Source of the DNA: Thermoanaerobaculia bacterium
Lineage (GTDB): Bacteria > Acidobacteriota > Thermoanaerobaculia > Multivoradales > Multivoraceae
NCBI GenBank assembly: GCA_963664405.1
Contig: OY761158.1
Span: 4,000,001 to 4,064,000, forward strand
Reading direction: 5' to 3'
Length of the DNA stretch: 64,000 nt
The translations under genes and the position numbers were made by a program. Position 1 is the stretch's first letter. Each line of letters starts with the position of its first letter. Of this stretch, positions 48,902-57,110 are shown piece by piece. The notes below the pieces were generated by a model that made no database searches, was not told the DNA's origin, and worked only from the letters and a program-made list of their open reading frames with translations.

Positions 48902-49816
48902 ATGCGCAAGGGACTTCTAGCGTGCCTCCTTGTGCTCGCGCTCTTTGGTTGCGACAGCACGAGTCCAGTGGCGCCCGAGGGTGCCCTCGTCGACATTTCG
49001 GTGAGCCCTGACCGCATCACCTCTGATGGCGAGGCGGCAGTTACCGTTCTTGCTCGGAAGTCCACGGGCTTTCCCGTCAACCCCGGCACTGTCGTCTTCC
49101 TGAGTACTACCCGTGGCCTCATCGCCGAGCGCGGCGAGACGGATGAGACGGGCCGGGTACGGGCGACTCTCTACGGTAATGGCGCCGTCGGTACCGCAAC
49201 GGTGAAGGCGACTACAGGCGCGGCCGAAGACGCCGAAGTCGAGGTTCAGATCGGCATCTTCGCCGGATCGGTCACATTGCAGACCACGCCGTCGACAGTG
49301 GCTGAGACCGGCGGCACTATAGATCTTCTGGCCTTGGTTCGAGACGACTTGGGCGAGCCCCTCCCAGACGTGCTGGTCAATTTCACCAGCCAGATAGGTG
49401 TTCTCGAAACCGGGGGGGATTTTGTACGGACTGATGGAGGGGGTAGGGCGACAGATGTCCTCACCGTCGAGGAGGGAGAGCTCGACACTGTAAACGGCGA
49501 CACCTTCATGGTCGGAGTGGAGGTGTCGGGGAACGACGGAGCTCTACTCATTCGTGAGCAGACCGTCACCGTCCAGCGGCGGCCGATGGCCGACTTCACC
49601 ACCAGTGTCAGCGGCCTGACGGTGGTCTTCGACGACACCTCGACGGGACGCCCGACGAGCTGGAGATGGGAGTTCGGCGACGGCAACAGCAGTACGCTGC
49701 AGAATCCTTCCCACACTTATGCCGTGCCCGGCACCTACACAGTGACTCTGACTGCGCGCAATAGCCTGGGCGAGGACACGCGCAGCAAGATCGTCGCCGT
49801 CACCGGCAATAACTAG
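48902..49816 (+). CDS. Lipoprotein with invasin/Big_1-like domains and a C-terminal PKD domain
   Basis: LFGC lipobox, TDETGRVRATL, and WRWEFGDGNSSTLQNPSHTYAVPGTYTVTLT (PKD). Confidence 0.87.
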   Translation: MRKGLLACLLVLALFGCDSTSPVAPEGALVDISVSPDRITSDGEAAVTVLARKSTGFPVNPGTVVFLSTTRGLIAERGETDETGRVRATLYGNGAVGTATVKATTGAAEDAEVEVQIGIFAGSVTLQTTPSTVAETGGTIDLLALVRDDLGEPLPDVLVNFTSQIGVLETGGDFVRTDGGGRATDVLTVEEGELDTVNGDTFMVGVEVSGNDGALLIREQTVTVQRRPMADFTTSVSGLTVVFDDTSTGRPTSWRWEFGDGNSSTLQNPSHTYAVPGTYTVTLTARNSLGEDTRSKIVAVTGNN

Positions 49817-49979
49817 TACACGCGGCCATAAATACGGACACGTTTGGAGCGACGCTGCATCCTCTCCAGCAGCGTTGCGCTCCCTGCGGCGTACTGCCAG
49901 GTACGCCTCAGTCACGCGCCTTGCTGGCGAGGCGCTTCGTCGCTCGAAACGTACCCGTACTTATGGCCGCATGTACTAG
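49813..49979 (-). mobile_element. MITE-like element, end-family C (167 bp)
   Basis: Imperfect TIR CTAGTACACGCGGCCATAAATACGG / CCGTACTTATGGCCGCATGTACTAG. Begins on the stop codon of the PKD gene and shares its core with families A and B. Confidence 0.8.
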
Positions 49980-50053
49980 CCTTTCCGGACTCTCTCCTCG
50001 GGCGGGGGAGAGGTGGTGCAAACACGCCTGCTATAGTGAGCGGCCCCTTGCGG

Positions 50054-50713
50054 ATGGACAGCTCAGAAGAGGCGCTCGCCCACCTTCGTCGCCAGGTGCA
50101 GCGGCGTCCGGAGTCACCGGCAATGTTGCGGCTCGCAGAGCTGCTGCTGCGTCGTGGCGAGGCTGAGGACGCTCTCGCAACCTTGACGCGGGGTCTCGAG
50201 AATCGCCCGGGCCACGTTGCGGCGCTGGTTCTCAGGGGCAGATGCCTGCTGGCGCTCGAGCGACTCGACGAAGCCGGCGCCGAGCTCGAGTCTGTGCTCG
50301 CCGTGGATCCTACTCAACTCGTTGCCGCCAAACTTCTGGCGCAAGTCTGGCTTCGAGCGTCTGCAGTGGAGCGGGCGGGTGTGGCGGTCTCGAGATACGC
50401 TCACTTGCAGCCACTGGATCCGGACTTAGCGGCGTTCCAGCGGCAGCTAACGGCTTTGCGCAGGGATGCTCCTCCGAGCTCTGAGGAGGATCTCGGCGAC
50501 GGCCGTGCCGAAGAGCAAGGCGGCAGCAATGAACCGGGCTCGGCTTCCGGCGCGGGGCTGAAGACGGTGACGCTTGCGGAGCTCTATCTGCAGCAGGGCC
50601 ATGCCCGAGATGCCGCAGCCATGCTTCTCGAGATCCTGGACTCGGACCCGGCCAATGCCGCGGCCCAGGAGGCACTGATGCGCGCCCGAGGTGCACGACC
50701 CTACGCCGGCTGA
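50054..50713 (+). CDS. Tetratricopeptide repeat protein
   Basis: TPR helices and C-terminal TVTLAELYLQQGH motif. Confidence 0.75.
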   Translation: MDSSEEALAHLRRQVQRRPESPAMLRLAELLLRRGEAEDALATLTRGLENRPGHVAALVLRGRCLLALERLDEAGAELESVLAVDPTQLVAAKLLAQVWLRASAVERAGVAVSRYAHLQPLDPDLAAFQRQLTALRRDAPPSSEEDLGDGRAEEQGGSNEPGSASGAGLKTVTLAELYLQQGHARDAAAMLLEILDSDPANAAAQEALMRARGARPYAG

Positions 50714-50859
50714 CACTCGCCGCGATATAGTCCTGAGGTTCGCGCGCGCGCCGTTCTTGGCCGCTCTCCCAGCGGGAGTCGTCGCGGACAATACGAACCA
50801 GAACCCATCGCCGAGAGGCGTATTCAGAAGTTCCCGGAGACTTTGGAGGTAGCGACGTC

Positions 50860-51321
50860 GTGTTGACATTCGACCAGATGAAAGAGCTGATTCAGCTAGT
50901 AGGCGGGAACAAACTCGGTGGGGTGGAGGTACGCCAAGGCGACTTTCACTTTCGAGTCAGCGCACGCGGTGAGGGTGCTGCGCCGCTGGCAGGGACTGTC
51001 GCCTCAGAGGGTGCTGCGCCGCCAGTGACGACGGACGATGCCGCGATCGCGGCCGAAACTCCGGTCGATCAAGAGGAAACGGGGCATGTGCTGAAGTCCC
51101 CGATCGTCGGCACTTTCTATTCCTCCCCCAGCCCAGACGCTGAGCCCTACGTTCGGGTTGGAGATCGGGTGGAGAAGGGCCAGGTTGTTTGCATTGTCGA
51201 GGCGATGAAGCTCATGAACGAGATTGAAGCGGACGCGAGCGGGGTCGTATCGAGAATACTTCCCGAGAACGCACAGCCCGTGGAGTTTGGCGCGCCTCTG
51301 TTCAGGATCGAGACCGACTGA
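50860..51321 (+). CDS. accB: Acetyl-CoA carboxylase biotin carboxyl carrier protein
   Basis: SPIVGTFY and EAMKLMNEI biotinylation motif. Confidence 0.95.
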   Translation: MLTFDQMKELIQLVGGNKLGGVEVRQGDFHFRVSARGEGAAPLAGTVASEGAAPPVTTDDAAIAAETPVDQEETGHVLKSPIVGTFYSSPSPDAEPYVRVGDRVEKGQVVCIVEAMKLMNEIEADASGVVSRILPENAQPVEFGAPLFRIETD

Positions 51322-51339
51322 TTCCGCCTCGTCCAAACT

Positions 51340-52674
51340 ATGTTCGACAAGATCCTGATCGCGAATCGCGGTGAGATCGCTCTCCGGATCATACTGGCGT
51401 GTCGGGAGCTCGGCATTCACACCGTGGCCGTCCACAGCACGGCTGACGAGAATAGTCTGCACGTTACTTTCGCCGACGAGGACGTCTGCATCGGCCCCCC
51501 GCCAGCTCAGGAGAGTTATCTCAACATTTCTTCTTTGATCTCGGCGGCGGAGATAACGGGAGTAGAAGCGGTTCATCCGGGCTACGGCTTCCTCGCGGAG
51601 AATGCTCACTTCGCCGAGGTGCTCGAAGAGTGCCGACTCACCTGGATCGGTCCTCGGCCTGAGACCATCCGGCAGATGGGAGACAAGGCTCGCGCGAGGC
51701 GGACGGCGGCGGCCGCAGGTGTCCCGATCCTGCCCGGCTCAGCGGAGCCACTCACCGGTCCCGAGGAGGCGCGAGCCGTAGCAGAAGAGATCGGATACCC
51801 GGTCATTCTCAAAGCTTCAGCGGGTGGAGGTGGACGCGGCATGCGCATCGTCACCTCTGCCGTGCAGTTGGAGGCGCAATTTGGGACCGCCCAGGTCGAG
51901 GCGGCGAGGGCTTTCGGCGACGGCTCTCTGTATATGGAGAAGTACCTTGTCGAGCCGCGACACATCGAGGTGCAGGTCCTCGCCGATCAGCATGGAAACC
52001 AGATTCATCTCGGAGAGCGCGAATGCTCGATTCAGCGCCGCCATCAGAAGCTGATCGAGGAGTCTCCCGCACCTCGACTCGATCCTGCTGTTCGCTCTCA
52101 AATCACCGAGGCGGCCCTTCGCCTGGTCTCGGAGGTCGACTATCAGAACGCGGGCACGGTCGAGTTCCTTCTGGATGTCGACGGCAAGTTCTATTTCATG
52201 GAGATGAACACGCGAATTCAGGTGGAGCATCCGGTAACCGAGATGGTCACGGGTATCGACCTGGTGAAGGAGCAGATTCGCATTGCCGCCGGTGAGAAGC
52301 TGAGCATGACCTCGAGCCCTGAGCTACGCGGTCATGCGATCGAGTGCCGGATCAACGCCGAGCATCCTCGTACTTTCGTTCCCAGCGCGGGTCGTCTAGA
52401 GACCTTCCACACGCCTGGCGGCCCCGGTATACGGGTGGACACCCACAGCTACGAGGGCTATGACTTCCCTCCCTACTACGATTCCCTGATCGCCAAGGTC
52501 ATCGCTTTTGGTGGCGATAGGGCCGAGGCCATCGCGCGGATGAGCCGGGCGCTCGAATTCTTCGAGATCCAGGGTGTGCACACATCGCTGCCGCTGCATC
52601 GCACCGTTCTCGACAATCCGGACTTCGTCGCCGGGGCGTTGTCGACTCGTCTCATGGAGCGCATCCTAGGGTGA
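51340..52674 (+). CDS. accC: Acetyl-CoA carboxylase biotin carboxylase
   Basis: [24 protein letters not shown] and [10 protein letters not shown]. Confidence 0.96.
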   Translation: MFDKILIANRGEIALRIILACRELGIHTVAVHSTADENSLHVTFADEDVCIGPPPAQESYLNISSLISAAEITGVEAVHPGYGFLAENAHFAEVLEECRLTWIGPRPETIRQMGDKARARRTAAAAGVPILPGSAEPLTGPEEARAVAEEIGYPVILKASAGGGGRGMRIVTSAVQLEAQFGTAQVEAARAFGDGSLYMEKYLVEPRHIEVQVLADQHGNQIHLGERECSIQRRHQKLIEESPAPRLDPAVRSQITEAALRLVSEVDYQNAGTVEFLLDVDGKFYFMEMNTRIQVEHPVTEMVTGIDLVKEQIRIAAGEKLSMTSSPELRGHAIECRINAEHPRTFVPSAGRLETFHTPGGPGIRVDTHSYEGYDFPPYYDSLIAKVIAFGGDRAEAIARMSRALEFFEIQGVHTSLPLHRTVLDNPDFVAGALSTRLMERILG

Positions 52675-53846
52675 GTAGGGCGGCGGCGCGCCTCGATCGG
52701 GCGCAGGTCCCCGATCTCTACGCGATCGCGGACGCGGGGGTGCTTGGTGTCCCAGGCTTGCCCTCGGCGGTGGGCACGATGGCGGACTCCGGAGTCCGCT
52801 GGATCCAGTTGCGCGCCAAGGAAGCCGGCGACGCTGACCTATGCGTCGCGATCGAGGGCTGCCTCGAGCGAGCCGAGGCAAGCGGCGCCACCATCTGGCT
52901 CAACGACCGTCCAGACCTGGCGGCTCTCTATTCGGTCCAAGGAGTGCATCTCGGTCAAGATGACCTACCTCCCGAGGCGGCGCGGAAGGTTGTTGGTGAG
53001 TCGACCTGGATCGGGCTCTCGACTCACGATCTCGATCAGGTGAGAGCTGCCGATGCCGACCCGGCCGTGGATCTGGTTGCTCTCGGACCGATCTTTGCCA
53101 CCACCAGCAAGGCGAATCCGGACCCTGTGGTCGGGCTGGAGGCGCTGTCAGCGGCGCGTGAGCTCACGGAGAAGCCTCTGGTCGCAATCGGGGGTGTCGA
53201 GCTCGGTAATCTGTGCCTGACGTTGGCCTCAGGAGCCGATTCTGCAGTCGTGCTCGGTGCGATATGCAAGGGCGATATCGCGAGCAATTCCCGACGGCTG
53301 CTGCGGGCCCTTGGCAGCACACACTTCCGCTCCGACCGGCTGATCTACCTTACCGGCTTCATGGGCGCCGGCAAGAGCTCTGTAGGGCGTTCTCTGAGCG
53401 ATCGGCTCGGTGTTCCGCTGCTGGATCTCGACGACGAGATCGAGCAGCGTGGAGGAGCCTCGATCTCGGCTCTTTTTCGTCGTCTTGGCGAAGACGGGTT
53501 TCGGGAGCTTGAGGCGGCGGTACTGGAGTCCTGCAGCGCTCTCGAGGTCTGTGTCGTCGCCACCGGCGGCGGCATCGTCGAGCGCGCGCCAAACATCGAC
53601 CTGATGCTGAGATCCGGGACTGTCGTCTGGCTCGATCCCGACTTCTCGACCCTGGTGGGACGCCTCCTAGCTGCACCCGAGGGCCGACCCCTATTCGTCA
53701 GTACGGAACAGGCGCTCTCGCTTTACGAGTCGCGCCTGGCGGGCTATCGACGCTGTCACCTGCGAGTCTCCGTGGGGGCGGACGACACCGCCGAGGACGT
53801 TAGCGATCGTCTCGTGGACCGCCTGGAGACCTCGTGCGCTACTTGA
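52671..53846 (+). CDS. Fused thiamine-phosphate synthase (ThiE) and shikimate kinase (AroK)
   Basis: N-half: [33 protein letters not shown]-half: [30 protein letters not shown]. Single open frame. Confidence 0.85.
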   Translation: MSRAAARLDRAQVPDLYAIADAGVLGVPGLPSAVGTMADSGVRWIQLRAKEAGDADLCVAIEGCLERAEASGATIWLNDRPDLAALYSVQGVHLGQDDLPPEAARKVVGESTWIGLSTHDLDQVRAADADPAVDLVALGPIFATTSKANPDPVVGLEALSAARELTEKPLVAIGGVELGNLCLTLASGADSAVVLGAICKGDIASNSRRLLRALGSTHFRSDRLIYLTGFMGAGKSSVGRSLSDRLGVPLLDLDDEIEQRGGASISALFRRLGEDGFRELEAAVLESCSALEVCVVATGGGIVERAPNIDLMLRSGTVVWLDPDFSTLVGRLLAAPEGRPLFVSTEQALSLYESRLAGYRRCHLRVSVGADDTAEDVSDRLVDRLETSCAT

Positions 53847-54574
53847 TCCTTTCGGATATCCACGGCAACCTGGACGCGCTTCTTGCCGTGCTTCGGCGGG
53901 TTCGAAGAAAGCGATTCGATTCGATCGTCCTGCTCGGGGACCTCGTTGGCTACGGAGCCGCGCCGAACCAAGTTCTCGACACCGTGCGGGAGCTCAAAGG
54001 AGAAGTTCACGTCTTGCGAGGCAACCACGACAAGGTAGCTGCGGGGCTCGAGGAGGGTCTCGGCTTCAACGTCATCGCGCTGACCTCGGCTCGTTGGACC
54101 CAAGAACATTTGAGCGCGACGAATCGCCGCTTTCTCGAGCGGCTTCCTGTCGGGCCGCTCCACTTCGACGGCTTCCTCGCGTGTCACGGCTCTCCACAGA
54201 ACGAGGACACCTATGTATTCACCGAGAGAGAGGCGGTCGACGTTTTCCGCGGTTCCGATTTCCCGCTTTGCTTCTTTGGACACACCCACATCGCCTGTTG
54301 CTTCAGCTACGAGGGAGCTCACGTAGAAGCCAGGCTGCTGCAGGGTAAGCAAGGAGTCCTTGATCTCGTTCCTGGAGTGCGCTACTTCATCAACCCTGGA
54401 GCGATCGGCCAACCTAGAGATCGAGATCCACGAGCGGCTTTTGCGATCTATGACAGTGACAAAAGGCAGGTGAGCTGGGCTCGTACCTCTTACCCCATAA
54501 CTAAGGCACAGAAGAGAATTGTGCGTGCCGGTCTGCCAGTTGTCCTGGCCGAGCGGCTGGCACTCGGCAGGTAA
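53834..54574 (+). CDS. Metallophosphoesterase family protein
   Basis: SDIHGN, GDLVGYG, GNHD, GHTH and NPGAIGQPRD. Confidence 0.9.
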   Translation: MRYLILSDIHGNLDALLAVLRRVRRKRFDSIVLLGDLVGYGAAPNQVLDTVRELKGEVHVLRGNHDKVAAGLEEGLGFNVIALTSARWTQEHLSATNRRFLERLPVGPLHFDGFLACHGSPQNEDTYVFTEREAVDVFRGSDFPLCFFGHTHIACCFSYEGAHVEARLLQGKQGVLDLVPGVRYFINPGAIGQPRDRDPRAAFAIYDSDKRQVSWARTSYPITKAQKRIVRAGLPVVLAERLALGR

Positions 54575-54600
54575 GAGGCGCCCGGCGCCTTTCGGGCCCC

Positions 54601-55908
54601 CTATCCGCCGGGTGCTAGAAGCAGCGAGACGGAGTCGCCGTCCGAGACTTCTGCCTCGGCAGCGAGGTCCTCGACGTCTGTAGTGGAGGCGCTGCCATCG
54701 CTATCGAGTCGCGCCGAGAGCAGACCGCTGGTCGGCAGCGGTCTGCCCAACATTGAGTCGCGCTGGTCCAGGTGCACATCGAGCGGAAAAGCTGGCGAAT
54801 CGATTCTCCTTACCGCCGCGGGTGGGCCTGGTTCGGGGGTGCGCAGGAAGACGAAGAGCACGGCTCCGGAGGGGATCGCCGCCGCCGAGGGGACTTCGAT
54901 CCGAGCACTGAACTCGGGGCCGCTAACGGCCGCGGTGCTCAACTGCGGCGGCGGAGAAGACAGAATCTCGTCGGCGTCTGCCCCGGCCTCCGCCATCGAC
55001 ACGAGCTGCTGCAAGCCGGGGTGGGCGCCCCCGGAGGCTTCGAGACCCACTCGCCAATCCTCGATGGCGGCTTCTCTGTCCCCCTCACGCATCTTGGCTA
55101 TGCCGCGCACCAGACGCGCGCTGATGAAGCGAGGCTCCTGGGCGAGAGCTTGGTCGAGTAACTCGATAGCTTGTTCCATATCCCCCATCGTCAGGCGGAC
55201 CAGACCCTGAAAGTAGAGACCGTCGACATCGCCGGGACGCTGCTCGAGAAGAATCTCGCTCTGGGTGTACGCTTCAAAGAAGAGGCCTTCGAGAACATAG
55301 ACCTCGGTAAGCGCCTTGCGAGCGTCGATGTCGCCGGGATTCTGCTCCAGCCGCGCCAGGAGCGAGGTTGCCCTCGCCCGAGCCTGAAGAGAGAGCTGTT
55401 CGATGGCCGGGTGATTAGTCTCTCCGAGGTTGCTATTTCCGGCCATTGGCGGGGTCTCGACGGGTGCCGGTGTCGCGTCGCGACCGGCCCAGAAGACGAG
55501 AGCGCCGATGAGAGCGGCACTAGCGACACCCATGGCGAATCCGAGGAGCGCCGACTTCCTGCCTGCTGGCCGAGGCTCGTCGGTGCTCGGTTTGTGCTTG
55601 CTCTCTCGTGACCCCGTCAGTGGAGATTTGACCCCGATCTCGTCCAACTGTTTGAGGACCCGCGCGGCGGCGAGCTCCAACTCGCCCCTGTCGACGTCGT
55701 CGAGCTCTTCATCGCTCGCTCCCTGCAGCCGCTTGTAGATGTCGTCTCGGCGAAGCTCGAGGTCGGTCGCGAGCAGGCGAAGATCTGCAGAGCCTTTCCC
55801 CTCTGAGCGTTTGCGGCTCGCCGCGCTGCGAAGTCTCAGCGCGGCGATGGCACCGACGGCGAGACCGATGGCGAGGATGACGATCCCGGGAAGAAAGGAT
55901 GTGCCCAC
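54601..55908 (-). CDS. ccmI: Cytochrome c biogenesis TPR protein (CcmI/CycH-like)
   Basis: Two TM segments, TPRs and a C-terminal GPPAAVRR...FPL...ARLDSDG domain. Last gene of the ccm operon. Confidence 0.75.
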   Translation of the reverse strand: MGTSFLPGIVILAIGLAVGAIAALRLRSAASRKRSEGKGSADLRLLATDLELRRDDIYKRLQGASDEELDDVDRGELELAAARVLKQLDEIGVKSPLTGSRESKHKPSTDEPRPAGRKSALLGFAMGVASAALIGALVFWAGRDATPAPVETPPMAGNSNLGETNHPAIEQLSLQARARATSLLARLEQNPGDIDARKALTEVYVLEGLFFEAYTQSEILLEQRPGDVDGLYFQGLVRLTMGDMEQAIELLDQALAQEPRFISARLVRGIAKMREGDREAAIEDWRVGLEASGGAHPGLQQLVSMAEAGADADEILSSPPPQLSTAAVSGPEFSARIEVPSAAAIPSGAVLFVFLRTPEPGPPAAVRRIDSPAFPLDVHLDQRDSMLGRPLPTSGLLSARLDSDGSASTTDVEDLAAEAEVSDGDSVSLLLAPGG

Positions 55909-56075
55909 TAGTGGACCGTAACACTCGAACGTTTAGTGGCTGAGTGAGTCATTCGTGGTCGAGATCAAGGCGCGCTGACGCAGGCATATCGGGGACTATG
56001 TCGAGGAAGCGTAACGCAGAGATCGGCCGCGAGGGCCGCTCAGGCGCTAAACGTTTGGGTGTTACGGTCCACTAG
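55908..56075 (+). mobile_element. MITE-like element, end-family B, copy 2 (168 bp)
   Basis: Near-identical to 26751-26918. Sits between the ccmH stop and the ccmI start. Confidence 0.9.
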
Positions 56076-56587
56076 GAGTCCACCTCCGAGCGAACTCGCT
56101 GCAAGTACTCATCGAGGTCCGGGTCGTGGCTCGGCGATGAGTCGGATGCCACTGCCAGACGTCTACGGATCAGGTAGAGACCGAGTGCAACGACCAGCAC
56201 CGGGGCAAGCCAGACCAGCAGGTTGAAGCCCTTCGCCTTGGGTTGCAGAAGCACGAACTCACCGTAGGAGCGCTCGAAGTAGTCGAGAATCTGGCTCTGT
56301 GTGTAGCCTTCGGCCAGGAGATCCCGCACCTGCGAGAGCATGGTGATGGCCGACGCACTAGGCGAGTCGGAAATCGGGAGTCCTTGACACACCGGGCAGC
56401 GCATGAGGCTTCCGACCTCGAGAGTTCGGCGAGTGAGCTCCTCGCCCTCGACAGGAGATCCGGCGGGCTGGCCCAGCAGCGCGGCGACATCAATGCTCGG
56501 TGTCTCTTCCTGGGCCACAGCCGTGGTCGGCGTCGACAGGAGCTCCAGAATCAGCAGAGCCAGCGCCACCGATGCCTTCGGAGTCAC
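56072..56587 (-). CDS. ccmH: Cytochrome c biogenesis protein CcmH
   Basis: MRCPVCQG and YGEFVLLQP. Confidence 0.9.
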   Translation of the reverse strand: MTPKASVALALLILELLSTPTTAVAQEETPSIDVAALLGQPAGSPVEGEELTRRTLEVGSLMRCPVCQGLPISDSPSASAITMLSQVRDLLAEGYTQSQILDYFERSYGEFVLLQPKAKGFNLLVWLAPVLVVALGLYLIRRRLAVASDSSPSHDPDLDEYLQRVRSEVDS

Positions 56588-57099
56588 AGCAGCCCTTCCA
56601 GGGTCTCGCTGATCGTTACCGGATCGAGCGGCCCGGCGTGCTTGTATCGGATCGTTCCCTCGGCGTCGATGAAGTAGGTCTCTGGGAGCTTGAAGACGCC
56701 GTAGGCAATGGATACCTTCCCATCACTGTCGTGGTAGGCCGGGCCCCACGAGCCGAAGCGCGAGTAGAACTGGTTCACCGCTTCTTCGCGGTCCTCGGAA
56801 GGCACCACTCCGATGAAGCTCACTTTTCCTTCGTACTGCTTCGCGGCACGAAGGAGATAAGGGTGCTCGATGACGCAGGGCTGACACCAGCTTGCCCAGA
56901 AGTTGAGGACCACGGGCTTGCCGAGCATCGCGGCCAGCTCGAGCGGGTTTCCGTCGAAATCCCTGAGCGCGAAGGCGGGGGCCTCCTTACCGATCAAGGG
57001 TGAGGCGATGACGTTGGGGTCGTGGCCGAAGCCGAGGCCGAGAAAGACGAGAAGTGGGATGGCGATGATTCCGCCGACGACCAGGGCAACTCGGTTCAA
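56584..57099 (-). CDS. ccmG: Thiol:disulfide oxidoreductase CcmG/DsbE
   Basis: LNFWASWCQPC and PETYFID. Confidence 0.9.
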   Translation of the reverse strand: MNRVALVVGGIIAIPLLVFLGLGFGHDPNVIASPLIGKEAPAFALRDFDGNPLELAAMLGKPVVLNFWASWCQPCVIEHPYLLRAAKQYEGKVSFIGVVPSEDREEAVNQFYSRFGSWGPAYHDSDGKVSIAYGVFKLPETYFIDAEGTIRYKHAGPLDPVTISETLEGLL

Positions 57100-57110
57100 G
57101 CCAGGTACCC

